64,000 nt of DNA from the NCBI GenBank assembly GCA_007376445.1, contig VMGF01000002.1, positions 13,673 to 77,672 of the forward strand. The letters run 5' to 3'. The DNA comes from Parcubacteria group bacterium Gr01-1014_3. Its GTDB lineage: Bacteria; Patescibacteriota; Minisyncoccia; UBA6257; WO2-44-18. The notes under the pieces are model-generated. The model ran no database searches, had not been told where the DNA came from, and worked only from the letters and a program-made list of their open reading frames with translations. The translations under genes and the position numbers were made by a program. Below, piece after piece: positions 55,491 through 64,000 of the stretch (position 1 is its first letter; every line of letters begins with the position of its first letter).

Positions 55491-55886
55491 TTACTCTACT
55501 TTACCACCAGCGGCGATAATTTTCTTTTTGGCCGACTCGGAAACCGGCAAACCCTTCACGGTAACGGCTTTTTTGATCTCTCCGCCACCCAATATTTTAA
55601 ACTTCGCGCCCAAAATTTCCTGGCTAATAATGCCGTCCACGGCCCTTTTTTCCAGATCATTCACATTCAAAACATCCAGTTTATCCGACTTCGGTTTATT
55701 TTTGTGACCGCGTAACTTCGGCAAACGCCTAATTAATTCACGTATGGCCGGACGGATCCTGTGACCGGAACGAGAACGCTGACCCTTCTGACCGCGGCCG
55801 GAAGTATGGCCTCGTTTACCGCCGCGGGCTACTCTCGGGGCTGCCTCCTTTAACGGATTATTTCGTTTTAATGTATGAAGCTGCAT
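55491..55886 (-). CDS. rplO: 50S ribosomal protein L15
   Basis: MQLHTLKRN…GGKRGHTSGRGQKGQ. Confidence 0.9.
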   Translation of the reverse strand: MQLHTLKRNNPLKEAAPRVARGGKRGHTSGRGQKGQRSRSGHRIRPAIRELIRRLPKLRGHKNKPKSDKLDVLNVNDLEKRAVDGIISQEILGAKFKILGGGEIKKAVTVKGLPVSESAKKKIIAAGGKVE

Positions 55887-55890
55887 ATAT

Positions 55891-56400
55891 TTATTTGATC
55901 GTGATCTTATTTCTCTTCTCTTTTAATTGTTTCAAGGCTTCCATCGTCGCCATCGCGTTGGTCAGCTTATTCGGCGTACGGCCAAGACACTTCGCCGTCG
56001 CGTCTTTAATACCGGCCAACAACAAGACAGCTCGGACAGCGCCACCAGCCTTCAAACCATGACCGACGATCGCTGGCTTAATGACAACCTCCGCGGCGCT
56101 GAATTTCGCGTATACCTGATGAGGAATAGTGCGTCCTTTCAACTGCAGTGAAATGATGTTTTTCATGGCGTTATTTTTCGCTTTAGCCACGGACATAGCC
56201 ACATCGGCCCCTTTGCCGATACCCACGCCAACCCTCCCCTTCTCGTCACCAAGAATGATTGTTACCCGAAAACGCATACGCTTACCGCCGGCGACAACGC
56301 GAGTAACACGGCGAAGATCCAGTACCTTCTCCTTGAATCCGGTATCCTCTTTTTTAAACCGGCTAAACTTATTAAATTTTCTATCTCTCTGTTGTTCCAT
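55891..56400 (-). CDS. rpsE: 30S ribosomal protein S5
   Basis: VVAGGKRMRFRVTIILGDEKGRVGVGIGKG. rplO follows directly, with no rpmD. Confidence 0.9.
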   Translation of the reverse strand: MEQQRDRKFNKFSRFKKEDTGFKEKVLDLRRVTRVVAGGKRMRFRVTIILGDEKGRVGVGIGKGADVAMSVAKAKNNAMKNIISLQLKGRTIPHQVYAKFSAAEVVIKPAIVGHGLKAGGAVRAVLLLAGIKDATAKCLGRTPNKLTNAMATMEALKQLKEKRNKITIK

Positions 56401-56404
56401 GTTT

Positions 56405-56752
56405 TTATATCTTTAAACCGGCTTCACGCGCGGCTTCAGCGATAGCTTTCACCCGACCATGATAGCGGTAAAATGACCGATTGAAAACTGCCGCCTTAAC
56501 TCCAAGCTTTTTAGCCTTTTCAGCGATCGCCGCGCCAAGCTTCTTGGCAGAGTCGCTCTTTTTGCCCTTTTCTCCTTTGGTAGAAGCCGCGGCGAGAGTG
56601 TGGCCCTTGCTGTCATCGATCAGTTGAACATAGGTGAACTTATTGCTGCGGAATACGGATAAACGAGGACGTTCGGTGGTGCCAAAAATCTTCGCCCGGC
56701 TGCGCGCCTGCCTCAAAGTTCTATTTAAGCTTTTTTTATTTTTCTTTTGCAT
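56405..56752 (-). CDS. rplR: 50S ribosomal protein L18
   Basis: Conserved L18 fold sequence and operon position. Confidence 0.85.
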   Translation of the reverse strand: MQKKNKKSLNRTLRQARSRAKIFGTTERPRLSVFRSNKFTYVQLIDDSKGHTLAAASTKGEKGKKSDSAKKLGAAIAEKAKKLGVKAAVFNRSFYRYHGRVKAIAEAAREAGLKI

Positions 56753-56754
56753 AT

Positions 56755-57330
56755 TTATTTAGCAGCTCCGGCGGCAGTTCCCGCGCCAGCGACTTTCTTA
56801 CCGGCCTTGCGGCGCACAACTTCGCCGCGATAACGGATGCCCTTGCCTTGGTATGGTTCCGGTTCTTTAACCTTACGGATCTGCGCGGCAACTTGACCAA
56901 CTAAGGCGCGATCAATACCGGAGACCTTAATAGAGCTCTTCTCAACGACGATCTTGATACCGGCCGGAGTAGTGTACTTTACCGGGTGAGAGAAGCCAAC
57001 ATTCAACACTAGATTGTTACCATCCAGCGAAGCCTTAAATCCGATACCTTCGATATCCAAGGTTTTTGTAAAACCTTTACTGACACCTTCAATAGCATTT
57101 TTAATCAAAGCGGCCATCGTGCCCCAGTTGGAGCGGCCGTATTTATTGGTGGACTCAGTGGTAACCGCTAACTCTTTTTCCTTTATCTCTATTTTAGTGT
57201 GCTCCAAAACCGGAATTGATAAAGAACCTTCCTTGCCTTTGAAATCCAAAACCGCGACGTCGTCTTTCTGGCCTAACTTGACCTCGACGCCTTCCGGAAT
57301 AACTATTGGTTTTTTACCGATTTTAGACAT
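56755..57330 (-). CDS. rplF: 50S ribosomal protein L6
   Basis: [19 protein letters not shown]. Two-domain L6. Confidence 0.9.
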   Translation of the reverse strand: MSKIGKKPIVIPEGVEVKLGQKDDVAVLDFKGKEGSLSIPVLEHTKIEIKEKELAVTTESTNKYGRSNWGTMAALIKNAIEGVSKGFTKTLDIEGIGFKASLDGNNLVLNVGFSHPVKYTTPAGIKIVVEKSSIKVSGIDRALVGQVAAQIRKVKEPEPYQGKGIRYRGEVVRRKAGKKVAGAGTAAGAAK

Positions 57331-57347
57331 AGTTTTGTTTTATTGAA

Positions 57348-57731
57348 CTACCAAATTTCGAATAATAGTTGACCACCGACTTTATCTTTGCGGGCCTGCA
57401 AATTAGACATCACTCCTTTTGGCGTGGAAAGCGCGGAAATACCATACCCCTGACGGACGGCTTTCAGGTCTTTATAGCCCAAGTAAATGCGGCGGGAAGG
57501 CTTACTGATAAATCGGACACCGCCGATGGCGCCTTGGCCCTTATCGTCGTATTTCAGCTTGATCTCAATAACCCTCTTTGGCATGCGGCCCTTCTTGGAC
57601 ACATTTTCCACAAAGTTATATTTACCCAATAATTCAGCCACGGCAAAATCCATGTTGGAAAATGGCAATTTCAACATTTCCTTCCGAGCCTTCTGGGCAT
57701 TCCTTAATTTTGTGAGTAAATCAGTATACAT
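57348..57731 (-). CDS. rpsH: 30S ribosomal protein S8
   Basis: MYTDLLTKLRNAQKARKE… and operon position. Confidence 0.9.
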   Translation of the reverse strand: MYTDLLTKLRNAQKARKEMLKLPFSNMDFAVAELLGKYNFVENVSKKGRMPKRVIEIKLKYDDKGQGAIGGVRFISKPSRRIYLGYKDLKAVRQGYGISALSTPKGVMSNLQARKDKVGGQLLFEIW

Positions 57732-57740
57732 GTGTTTGTT

Positions 57741-57926
57741 TTACCAGGAAGATTTCTTAACACCCGGAATTTCACCACGACCGGCTAACTCGCGGAAGCA
57801 AATACGGCAGATTCCGAACACTCGCATAAAACCGCGTTTCCGGCCGCAACGAAAACATCTCCGGACAATCCGGCTAGAAAACTTCGGTTTCTTTTGTGAG
57901 CGCGCTATGACGGAATCTTTTGCCAT
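57741..57926 (-). CDS. rpsZ: 30S ribosomal protein S14, type Z (zinc-binding)
   Basis: 61 aa. [22 protein letters not shown]. Confidence 0.9.
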   Translation of the reverse strand: MAKDSVIARSQKKPKFSSRIVRRCFRCGRKRGFMRVFGICRICFRELAGRGEIPGVKKSSW

Positions 57927-57953
57927 ATGTTTATTTATAGTGAGTTTATCGAA

Positions 57954-58463
57954 CTATTTCTTAGACTCTTCCTTTTGGAAAGGAATTCCTAATTCTTTAT
58001 ATAATTCGACGGCTTCTTTGTGATCCCGGCCACGCTTCGGAACTATAGTGATCTCCATGCCGAAAGTAACCTTGGAATGCTCTGGGTTAATTTCCGGAAA
58101 GACCACGTGATCCTTTATCCCGAAATTCAAATTGCCACCTTTGTCGATATTGCGCGGGTTGATGCCACGGAAATCACGAACGCGAGGCAAAGCGACGCGA
58201 ACCACTTTTTCCAGGAATTTCTGCATGCGAGTACGACGTAATGTGGCTTTCAAACCAACAACCGTGCCGGCGCGAAGTTTGAATCCGGAAATAGACTCGG
58301 TAGCCGGACGGCCCGCCGGTCTCTGGCCAACGATCGCCGAAAACTCTTTGATGACTTCCGGCAAAACCTTGTCGGAAAAATTTGGCTGTGTGGAAAGTTT
58401 GCCAATGCCGGTATTGACCACGATCTTTTCCAACTCTTTAAATTTACTTACAGCTTTAGTCAT
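57954..58463 (-). CDS. rplE: 50S ribosomal protein L5
   Basis: Conserved L5 sequence (NTGIGK…) and operon position. Confidence 0.9.
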   Translation of the reverse strand: MTKAVSKFKELEKIVVNTGIGKLSTQPNFSDKVLPEVIKEFSAIVGQRPAGRPATESISGFKLRAGTVVGLKATLRRTRMQKFLEKVVRVALPRVRDFRGINPRNIDKGGNLNFGIKDHVVFPEINPEHSKVTFGMEITIVPKRGRDHKEAVELYKELGIPFQKEESKK

Positions 58464-58467
58464 TGTT

Positions 58468-58773
58468 TTAAATTATTGCTTTGCAGCTACGGCAAATCCG
58501 ACGTTTAGCGGTGGCATCGATCTGGAAACCAACCCGAACTGGCTCTTTACAGCTAGGACATACTAACATAACTTTTGAAGCATTTAAAGGCCGCGGGAGG
58601 CTGACGATCTCGCCTTTTTCACCCTGTTTTTTCGGGCGCATGTGCTTTTTTACCATATTCAAACCATCCACCAATACCCTGCTTTCGGCGGTGTCCACGT
58701 TTAATACCTTGCCGTTCTTTCCACGGTCTTTTCCTACCATAACTTGAACTGTGTCGCCCTTGTGAATTTTCAT
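58468..58773 (-). CDS. rplX: 50S ribosomal protein L24 (KOW) with C-terminal Cys4 extension
   Basis: MKIHKGDTVQVMVGKDRGKNGKV. C-terminal CPSC…CRSC. Confidence 0.85.
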   Translation of the reverse strand: MKIHKGDTVQVMVGKDRGKNGKVLNVDTAESRVLVDGLNMVKKHMRPKKQGEKGEIVSLPRPLNASKVMLVCPSCKEPVRVGFQIDATAKRRICRSCKAII

Positions 58774-58777
58774 ATAT

Positions 58778-59146
58778 TTATACGAGTTCCTCTGCTAATG
58801 AGGCAATGCTCTCAAAGCCTTTTTCTTTAACTTCTCTTGGAATCGGCCCGAAAACACGGGTACCCTTCGGCTCGTTTTTTTCGTCAATCAATACGACCGC
58901 GTTTTCATCGAAGCGAACATAAGAACCATCCGACCGGCGCATAGCTTGGCGCTGGCGAACCACCAAGACCCTTACAATATCTTTTTTCTTGACCGGCTTT
59001 CTCGGCTCGGCAGTCTGCACGGAAGCAACGACAATTTCCCCTACTCTAGCATAACGCTTCTTGGAACCTCCAAGAACCCTAAAACAGCGAACGGTTTTCG
59101 CTCCGCTGTTGTCCGCTACTTTTAAAATGGATCGTTCTTGAATCAT
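58778..59146 (-). CDS. rplN: 50S ribosomal protein L14
   Basis: MIQERSILKVADNSGAK. Confidence 0.9.
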   Translation of the reverse strand: MIQERSILKVADNSGAKTVRCFRVLGGSKKRYARVGEIVVASVQTAEPRKPVKKKDIVRVLVVRQRQAMRRSDGSYVRFDENAVVLIDEKNEPKGTRVFGPIPREVKEKGFESIASLAEELV

Positions 59147-59196
59147 ATATTTGTTTTATTTATAGTGAGCTTGTTTGGTTTATTAAATAAGTCGAA

Positions 59197-59514
59197 CTAT
59201 TCGGCGTCCTGCAAAGTTACCGGAACTTCCGCGACCGGATTCGTCGACACGATCTTGCCGATCACAACCCACCGCTTGTCGCGGGAGATCGGACGAGTTT
59301 CCTGAATAGTGACTTGGTCGCCAGTTTTATATTCCCCTTTCTCATCGTGAGCCTTTAAGCGGGTTGAAAGCTTGTAATATTTTAAATATTTTGGGTGTTT
59401 GCGGGTGTGATCAACTTGAACTACCACGGTTTTTCTCATTTTGTCGGAAACGACAACGCCGCTCAACTTCCGGCCCATTTTCGGTTTTTCCTGAACTGGT
59501 TTATTCATAGACAT
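59197..59514 (-). CDS. rpsQ: 30S ribosomal protein S17
   Basis: OB-fold S17 sequence and operon position. Confidence 0.85.
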   Translation of the reverse strand: MSMNKPVQEKPKMGRKLSGVVVSDKMRKTVVVQVDHTRKHPKYLKYYKLSTRLKAHDEKGEYKTGDQVTIQETRPISRDKRWVVIGKIVSTNPVAEVPVTLQDAE

Positions 59515-59714
59515 TATTTAGTTCCCATATTATTCAATAAAGTAAGCATTTGCGCAATGTCCTTCTTGACCGAGCGGATCTCGCGGACATTCTTAACCTT
59601 TCCCGAAGCAAGGTCGGTTTTTAAGGTCCAAAGCTTATCCTTCAGCTCTAAAACGCTCTTTCTGAGAGCTTCCGGCTGCTGAGTCTTCAATTGAGCGAAT
59701 TCTTTCTTTTTCAT
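59514..59714 (-). CDS. rpmC: 50S ribosomal protein L29
   Basis: 66-aa helical protein. [13 protein letters not shown]. Confidence 0.85.
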   Translation of the reverse strand: MKKKEFAQLKTQQPEALRKSVLELKDKLWTLKTDLASGKVKNVREIRSVKKDIAQMLTLLNNMGTK

Positions 59715-59715
59715 A

Positions 59716-60126
59716 TTATTTAGTAACCATCCTGGTTCTTACTGGTAACTTGAAGCCAGCCAATCGCAAAGCTTCTTTAGCGACTTCCGGTTTTACACCG
59801 TCCATTTCAAATAAAATGCGGCCTGGTTTAACCGGAAAAACATAGTGATCCACTGGGCCTTTTCCGCCACCCATGGTGAGTTCCGGAGGACGCTTAGTGA
59901 TCGGTTTATCGGGGAAAATGCGGATCCAAAGCTTGCCTTCGCGCTTAATGAAGTTGCTGATGGTCTTTCGAGCGGACTCGATCTGCCGGGAGTTAACCCA
60001 AGCGGCGCTTTCGGCTTTCAAGCCATAAGAACCGTACTCCAGCTTGGTGCCGCGGGTTTCCACGGTACGGCTCAAAGAACGTCCCTTGTGCCACTTTCTA
60101 TGTTTTACTTTCTTTGGTACTAACAT
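59716..60126 (-). CDS. rplP: 50S ribosomal protein L16
   Basis: Start trimmed to MLVPKKVKHRKWHKG (complement 60124-60126) to avoid overlap with rpsC. Confidence 0.9.
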   Translation of the reverse strand: MLVPKKVKHRKWHKGRSLSRTVETRGTKLEYGSYGLKAESAAWVNSRQIESARKTISNFIKREGKLWIRIFPDKPITKRPPELTMGGGKGPVDHYVFPVKPGRILFEMDGVKPEVAKEALRLAGFKLPVRTRMVTK

Positions 60127-60134
60127 ATATTTGT

Positions 60135-60863
60135 TTATTTGCTCCTGGGGCCCCCTTCCGAAACTTTTCCTCCGAAGGAGGATCCGCCTCCGGCGGAAAA
60201 GACCATACCTTTGAATATCCAAACTTTGACGCCAACCGTGCCGTAGGTGTTAAAAGCGGTGGCTTCACCATAGTCGATATTCGCGCGAAGAGTCGACAAG
60301 GGAAGCTTGCCCTTCGCCAGCCATTCCCGGCGGGAAATTTCCGCGCCATCTAAGCGGCCGGAAAGCCTTATTTTCGCGCCCTTAACTTCACGGTTCTGCA
60401 TTGCCATCTCCAGATACTTTTTCATCGTCCGGCGCATCGGTAAACGCTTCTCCAAGTCCCAAGCGGCCAATTGAGCCACATACTGGGCGGAAACATCGGT
60501 GCGCTTCAACTCTTCGATATTCAAACTCAAAGAAACTTTCGGCACGGCTACACCGCGCTTTTTAAGCATCTTTTTGAGAGATTCATTGATTGCTTTGGAA
60601 AGCTCCTCGATACCCTTACCGCCACGGCCGATGATCAAACCCGGCTTCGCGGCCTTAATGAACACTTTAAAAGAATTATCCGTGCCGCGCTCGATCTCGA
60701 TCTTCACGATACCGGACAAAGCGATCTTGGCCTTGACGATCTTGCGGATCAAAACATCCTCCTGGAGCTGATCCTTGAAGTTTTTCTTTTTCGGGAACCA
60801 TCGTGAACTCCAATTACCGATGATGCCTAAGCGGAATGAATCTGGTCTAATTTTATTTCCCAT
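60135..60863 (-). CDS. rpsC: 30S ribosomal protein S3
   Basis: KH domain followed by the S3 C-terminal domain. Gly-rich tail. Confidence 0.9.
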   Translation of the reverse strand: MGNKIRPDSFRLGIIGNWSSRWFPKKKNFKDQLQEDVLIRKIVKAKIALSGIVKIEIERGTDNSFKVFIKAAKPGLIIGRGGKGIEELSKAINESLKKMLKKRGVAVPKVSLSLNIEELKRTDVSAQYVAQLAAWDLEKRLPMRRTMKKYLEMAMQNREVKGAKIRLSGRLDGAEISRREWLAKGKLPLSTLRANIDYGEATAFNTYGTVGVKVWIFKGMVFSAGGGSSFGGKVSEGGPRSK

Positions 60864-60889
60864 GGTCGTAGTTTAATATATTAAATGTT

Positions 60890-61405
60890 TTAAGCGCTCT
60901 TGCGTTGGAACATTTTCTTAAAGAAACCGCCCTTTTCCCGCGCCTTATTTGCCTGGGATTCCTCTCCGGGCATTTTTGGCTTCTTGATTTCGGTAGATTT
61001 CTTAGTAGTGGATTTTTTAGCTTTCGGCACGAACACAAACCGTTCCTTTCTTGAGGTGGACTCAGCTAAAGTAATGGTGACATGGCTCATCTTTTTCAGG
61101 AGCGGAGTAGCTCGGCCTTGGGCGCGAGGCAAAAATCTCTTCAAAACTGGGCCCTGATCAACCCGGATTTCCGAAATAACCAAGGTCTTTGGATCCATTT
61201 TCTGATTGTTTTTCGCGTTGGCGATAGCGGAACGCAATAACTTTAAAAGAGGCTTGGCGGAACGCTGAACACGCATCATCAGCTGAGCCTCGGCTTCCTG
61301 GACGGACAACCCGCGTAAAGTACCCGCGACTAGGCGGACTTTTCTAGGCGCTATGTGGAGATAGCGCAGAATAGCTGTTTGAGTTTTTACGTTGGTCGTA
61401 TCCAT
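60890..61405 (-). CDS. rplV: 50S ribosomal protein L22 with Lys-rich C-terminal extension
   Basis: AILRYLHIAPRKVRLVAGTLRG. The ~60-aa basic tail is unusual. Confidence 0.85.
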   Translation of the reverse strand: MDTTNVKTQTAILRYLHIAPRKVRLVAGTLRGLSVQEAEAQLMMRVQRSAKPLLKLLRSAIANAKNNQKMDPKTLVISEIRVDQGPVLKRFLPRAQGRATPLLKKMSHVTITLAESTSRKERFVFVPKAKKSTTKKSTEIKKPKMPGEESQANKAREKGGFFKKMFQRKSA

Positions 61406-61414
61406 ATAATTGCT

Positions 61415-61759
61415 TTATTTTTTGCCGGCTACCGGAGCGGTTTTCGCGGCCTGAGCCTTGGTGACCTCTGCCTGAGCCTGCGCGGTCTCCAATTCACGCT
61501 GCATCTTACCGCCGTGTTTGGTGAACTTACGGGTCAGTGAAAATTCTCCAAGACGATGTCCGACCATCTCTTCCTTGATCAAAACTTCATTGAAAACTTT
61601 GCCGTTGTGGACGCCAAATTTATAACCCACCATCTCAGGTGAGATTTCGGAAGCGCGAGACCAAGTTTTAATAACCGTGTTAGAACCAGACGGTAATTTA
61701 GATATCTTTTTGAGTAATTTTGGGTCAACGAATGGCCCTTTTTTTGCTGAGCGTGACAT
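61415..61759 (-). CDS. rpsS: 30S ribosomal protein S19
   Basis: [11 protein letters not shown]…VHNGK…[10 protein letters not shown]. Confidence 0.9.
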   Translation of the reverse strand: MSRSAKKGPFVDPKLLKKISKLPSGSNTVIKTWSRASEISPEMVGYKFGVHNGKVFNEVLIKEEMVGHRLGEFSLTRKFTKHGGKMQRELETAQAQAEVTKAQAAKTAPVAGKK

Positions 61760-61792
61760 ATTTTTATTTTTATTTATAGTGAGCCCGTCGAA

Positions 61793-62629
61793 CTATCTGA
61801 CTTTCGGACGGCGCTGTAAAATAAACTTGGTCGACCACTTCTTGTGATGACGAGTCTTATGACCGCCGGTAACTTTACCCCAGATGGTCTTCGGACGCTT
61901 CGTGCCACGAGGCTGCGCGCCTTCACCGCCACCGTACGGATGGTCTACCGGGTTCATGGCGCTGCCACGAACGGTCGGGCGGATACCCAAATGCCGGGAT
62001 CTGCCGGCGCTTCCGACGTTCACCAAATTATAGTCAGGATTGGAAACTTGTCCAATTGAAGCCATACCAGACGAAGAAACGCGGCGGACTTCTTTTGAGC
62101 CGAGTTTAATGTCGGTCATACCGCCATCGTGCGCCAAAACCTCAGCGGAAGAACCGGCCGAGCGGGCTAATTTACCTCCACCACCGCCACGAATTTCTAC
62201 GTTATGAACCAGCTGACCAACCGGAATATTCTTTAACTTCATGCGATTACCCGGCTTGAGCGGAGCATTTTCAGCGGTAACAATCTCATCACCAACCTTG
62301 GTATCTTTAGTAGCCAAAACATAACGGCGATCGCCATCTTTGTATGAAATAAGCGCGATGAAACCGCTGCGATACGGATCGTATTCAATGGTCTCCACGC
62401 GTCCCGGAACATTCATTTTATTTTGTAAAAAGTCCACTTCGCGATAACGCTTTTTATTACCGCTACCCTGATGACGCATAGTAATAACACCGCGGTTATT
62501 GCGGCCAGACTGGGTCTTCAACCGGCTGGTTAATGGCTTATGAGGACGAGCGCCGCGCGTCAAAAGCGACCGGTATTCTACCACGGTCATTGCTCGCCTC
62601 GATGGACTTGTTGGTTTATAGGATTTCAT
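61793..62629 (-). CDS. rplB: 50S ribosomal protein L2
   Basis: Conserved L2 C-terminal GGGEG…HPYGGGEG-type region. 278 aa. Confidence 0.9.
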   Translation of the reverse strand: MKSYKPTSPSRRAMTVVEYRSLLTRGARPHKPLTSRLKTQSGRNNRGVITMRHQGSGNKKRYREVDFLQNKMNVPGRVETIEYDPYRSGFIALISYKDGDRRYVLATKDTKVGDEIVTAENAPLKPGNRMKLKNIPVGQLVHNVEIRGGGGGKLARSAGSSAEVLAHDGGMTDIKLGSKEVRRVSSSGMASIGQVSNPDYNLVNVGSAGRSRHLGIRPTVRGSAMNPVDHPYGGGEGAQPRGTKRPKTIWGKVTGGHKTRHHKKWSTKFILQRRPKVR

Positions 62630-62633
62630 ATGA

Positions 62634-62921
62634 TTAAGATGAATGCGGCATTATATCCAATTTTTGGCCTTCTTTCAACTGAACATAAGCTTTTTTGTAG
62701 TTCGAAGTCAGCGCTTCATGGCCCTTAACCCGGCGCGGCTTTCCTGGATTGTTGGATACATTTACGTCGGTCGCGTCCACTTTATAAATCTCTTTTAAAG
62801 CTTTTTTGATCTCCGGCTTAGTAGCGCTTTTTTCAACCAAAAACACATACTTACCCATCGCGCTAAGATCGTGGGCTTTTTCGCTGATTATTGGTCGTTT
62901 GATTAAAAATTTATTTGCCAT
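62634..62921 (-). CDS. rplW: 50S ribosomal protein L23
   Basis: Position between rplD and rplB. 95-aa basic protein. Confidence 0.85.
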   Translation of the reverse strand: MANKFLIKRPIISEKAHDLSAMGKYVFLVEKSATKPEIKKALKEIYKVDATDVNVSNNPGKPRRVKGHEALTSNYKKAYVQLKEGQKLDIMPHSS

Positions 62922-62925
62922 GGTT

Positions 62926-63537
62926 TTATTTTATTTCCACGAGAGCGTTCTTATCGATCACGACGGTTTTGTGTTTCAAAACATCCGAGACGTTCAAAGA
63001 AGTGGCTGGCAAGCTGGCAACCTTCGGAATATTCCGGGCGGCGCGGGCGGCATTCAGATTCTTCGCGGCCGGCACGATCAAAGAGCTGACGTTTTTACCG
63101 AGCAACATCTTCAAGCTGGCAAAAAACTGCTTGGTCTTTCCGGACATTTCCAACGAATCCACTATACGAACCTCGCCATCGGCAAGTTTCTTAGAAAGCG
63201 CGCTATGCACCGCGACGCGGGCCATTTTCTTGTTAACTTTTTGAGTAAAAATACGCTCTTTGGTTGGACCATGAGAAACACCGCCGCCTTTCCAGATCGG
63301 AGAGCGGATAGAGCCATGACGAGCGCGGCCAGTATGCTTCTGCTTCCACGGCTTTTTACCGCCGCCACGCACTTCACCGCGGCCCTTAGCATGCGCCCAT
63401 GGGTGATGTTGATTAGCGTCCTGAGCCAAAATAACCTGGTGAACCAAGTCCGGATTCCAAGGAGTAGCAAAAATCGCGTCCGGCAGATCAACTTCTCCGA
63501 CGCTCTCCCCTTTTAGATTGTATAGTTGAGTTTTCAT
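62926..63537 (-). CDS. rplD: 50S ribosomal protein L4
   Basis: Conserved L4 sequence and operon position. Confidence 0.9.
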   Translation of the reverse strand: MKTQLYNLKGESVGEVDLPDAIFATPWNPDLVHQVILAQDANQHHPWAHAKGRGEVRGGGKKPWKQKHTGRARHGSIRSPIWKGGGVSHGPTKERIFTQKVNKKMARVAVHSALSKKLADGEVRIVDSLEMSGKTKQFFASLKMLLGKNVSSLIVPAAKNLNAARAARNIPKVASLPATSLNVSDVLKHKTVVIDKNALVEIK

Positions 63538-63541
63538 TTTG

Positions 63542-63588
63542 TTATTCGCAATATTAAATCTTTTATTTGTATATTCGCGATTACTCCT
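63542..63588. repeat. conserved 46-nt intergenic element, copy c (reverse orientation, between rplC and rplD)
   Basis: Reverse complement reads aggagtaatcgcgaatatacaaataaaagatttaatattgcgaataac, then the rplD ATG. Confidence 0.6.
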
Positions 63589-64000
63589 TTATTTTTTATA
63601 AATTTCAACTCTGCCGCCAGGATTACCCGGTACGGCGCCCCTTAGCCAGATCATTTTTTCTTCCGGCTTGAGTTCAACCAAAGTTAAGTTCTTGATGGTC
63701 GCGCGAACCACACCCATGTGACCGGCCATTCTGCGGCCAGGCAAAACACGCTGAGGGGTAGTGTTGCCGATAGAACCAGGAGCGCGCTGACGGTTTTTCT
63801 GACCGTGAGTCGCCGGACCGCCGTGGAAACCATGGCGTTTGACCACACCGGCAAAGCCTTTTCCTTTGGTAATACCGCTGACGCGCACTAAATCACCGGC
63901 CTTAAAATCTCCGGTCTCTCCAGATACTAATTGCACGGGTGTAATTGGGACGACTTTGTCACCCTTATACATCTGCGTCATCCTCATTTTTTTACCAATC
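63589..64000 (-). CDS. rplC: 50S ribosomal protein L3 (C-terminal part; the N-terminus lies beyond the window)
   Basis: Conserved L3 sequence. The ORF runs off the window edge. Confidence 0.85.
   Translation of the reverse strand, partial: IGKKMRMTQMYKGDKVVPITPVQLVSGETGDFKAGDLVRVSGITKGKGFAGVVKRHGFHGGPATHGQKNRQRAPGSIGNTTPQRVLPGRRMAGHMGVVRATIKNLTLVELKPEEKMIWLRGAVPGNPGGRVEIYKK

Noticed and set aside
60127-60222. N-terminal extension of rplP overlapping rpsC
   Set aside because: The conserved L16 N-terminus MLVPKKVKHRK begins at the internal Met. The extension would overlap S3 by about 90 nt.

Overview
This is a 64 kb window from a small-genome bacterium. It carries a minus-strand ribosomal-protein cluster (rplC to secY, then adk and map) in which rpsE is directly followed by rplO, with no rpmD (L30) between them. 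That arrangement is typical of CPR/Patescibacteria-like lineages, but the assignment is tentative.

The first ~30 kb is housekeeping. It holds a small sensor kinase, an RsuA/RluB-type pseudouridine synthase, an ABC-F ATPase, tRNA-Gln(UUG) and dnaX. It also holds scpAB, a PBP5-type carboxypeptidase, mraY, HtrA, ftsW, murG, gltX, an M23 peptidase, a GT2 transferase, greA, lysS, serS, alr, an ftsQ-like gene and a GT39 transferase.

From ~30 kb to ~51 kb the content looks accessory:
- A GC-richer beta-oxidation cluster: thiolase, an enoyl-CoA hydratase/3-hydroxyacyl-CoA dehydrogenase fusion, and a long acyl-CoA dehydrogenase.
- A block of small hypothetical genes with a near-consensus promoter and shared hairpin+RBS leaders, including a protein with a ribosomal L7/L12 C-terminal-like motif.
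- ychF.
- A cluster headed by a membrane-anchored FtsK/HerA-superfamily ATPase (776 aa), a GC-anomalous 365-aa helical protein, a Lys/Glu-rich protein and a Cas4/RecB-like PD-(D/E)xK nuclease.
- The prkA-yeaH-spoVR stress trio.

The intergenic space contains several repeat families that are not explained by the genes:
- A ~110-bp AT-rich element in at least four near-identical and three diverged copies.
- A 46-nt element in three near-identical copies that carries a GCGAATA direct repeat.
- A 20-bp-stem hairpin family with compensatory substitutions in three copies.
- A ~130-150-nt structured element with a long closing helix, in two copies that differ by stem-preserving changes.

I found no CRISPR array, transposase or integrase.
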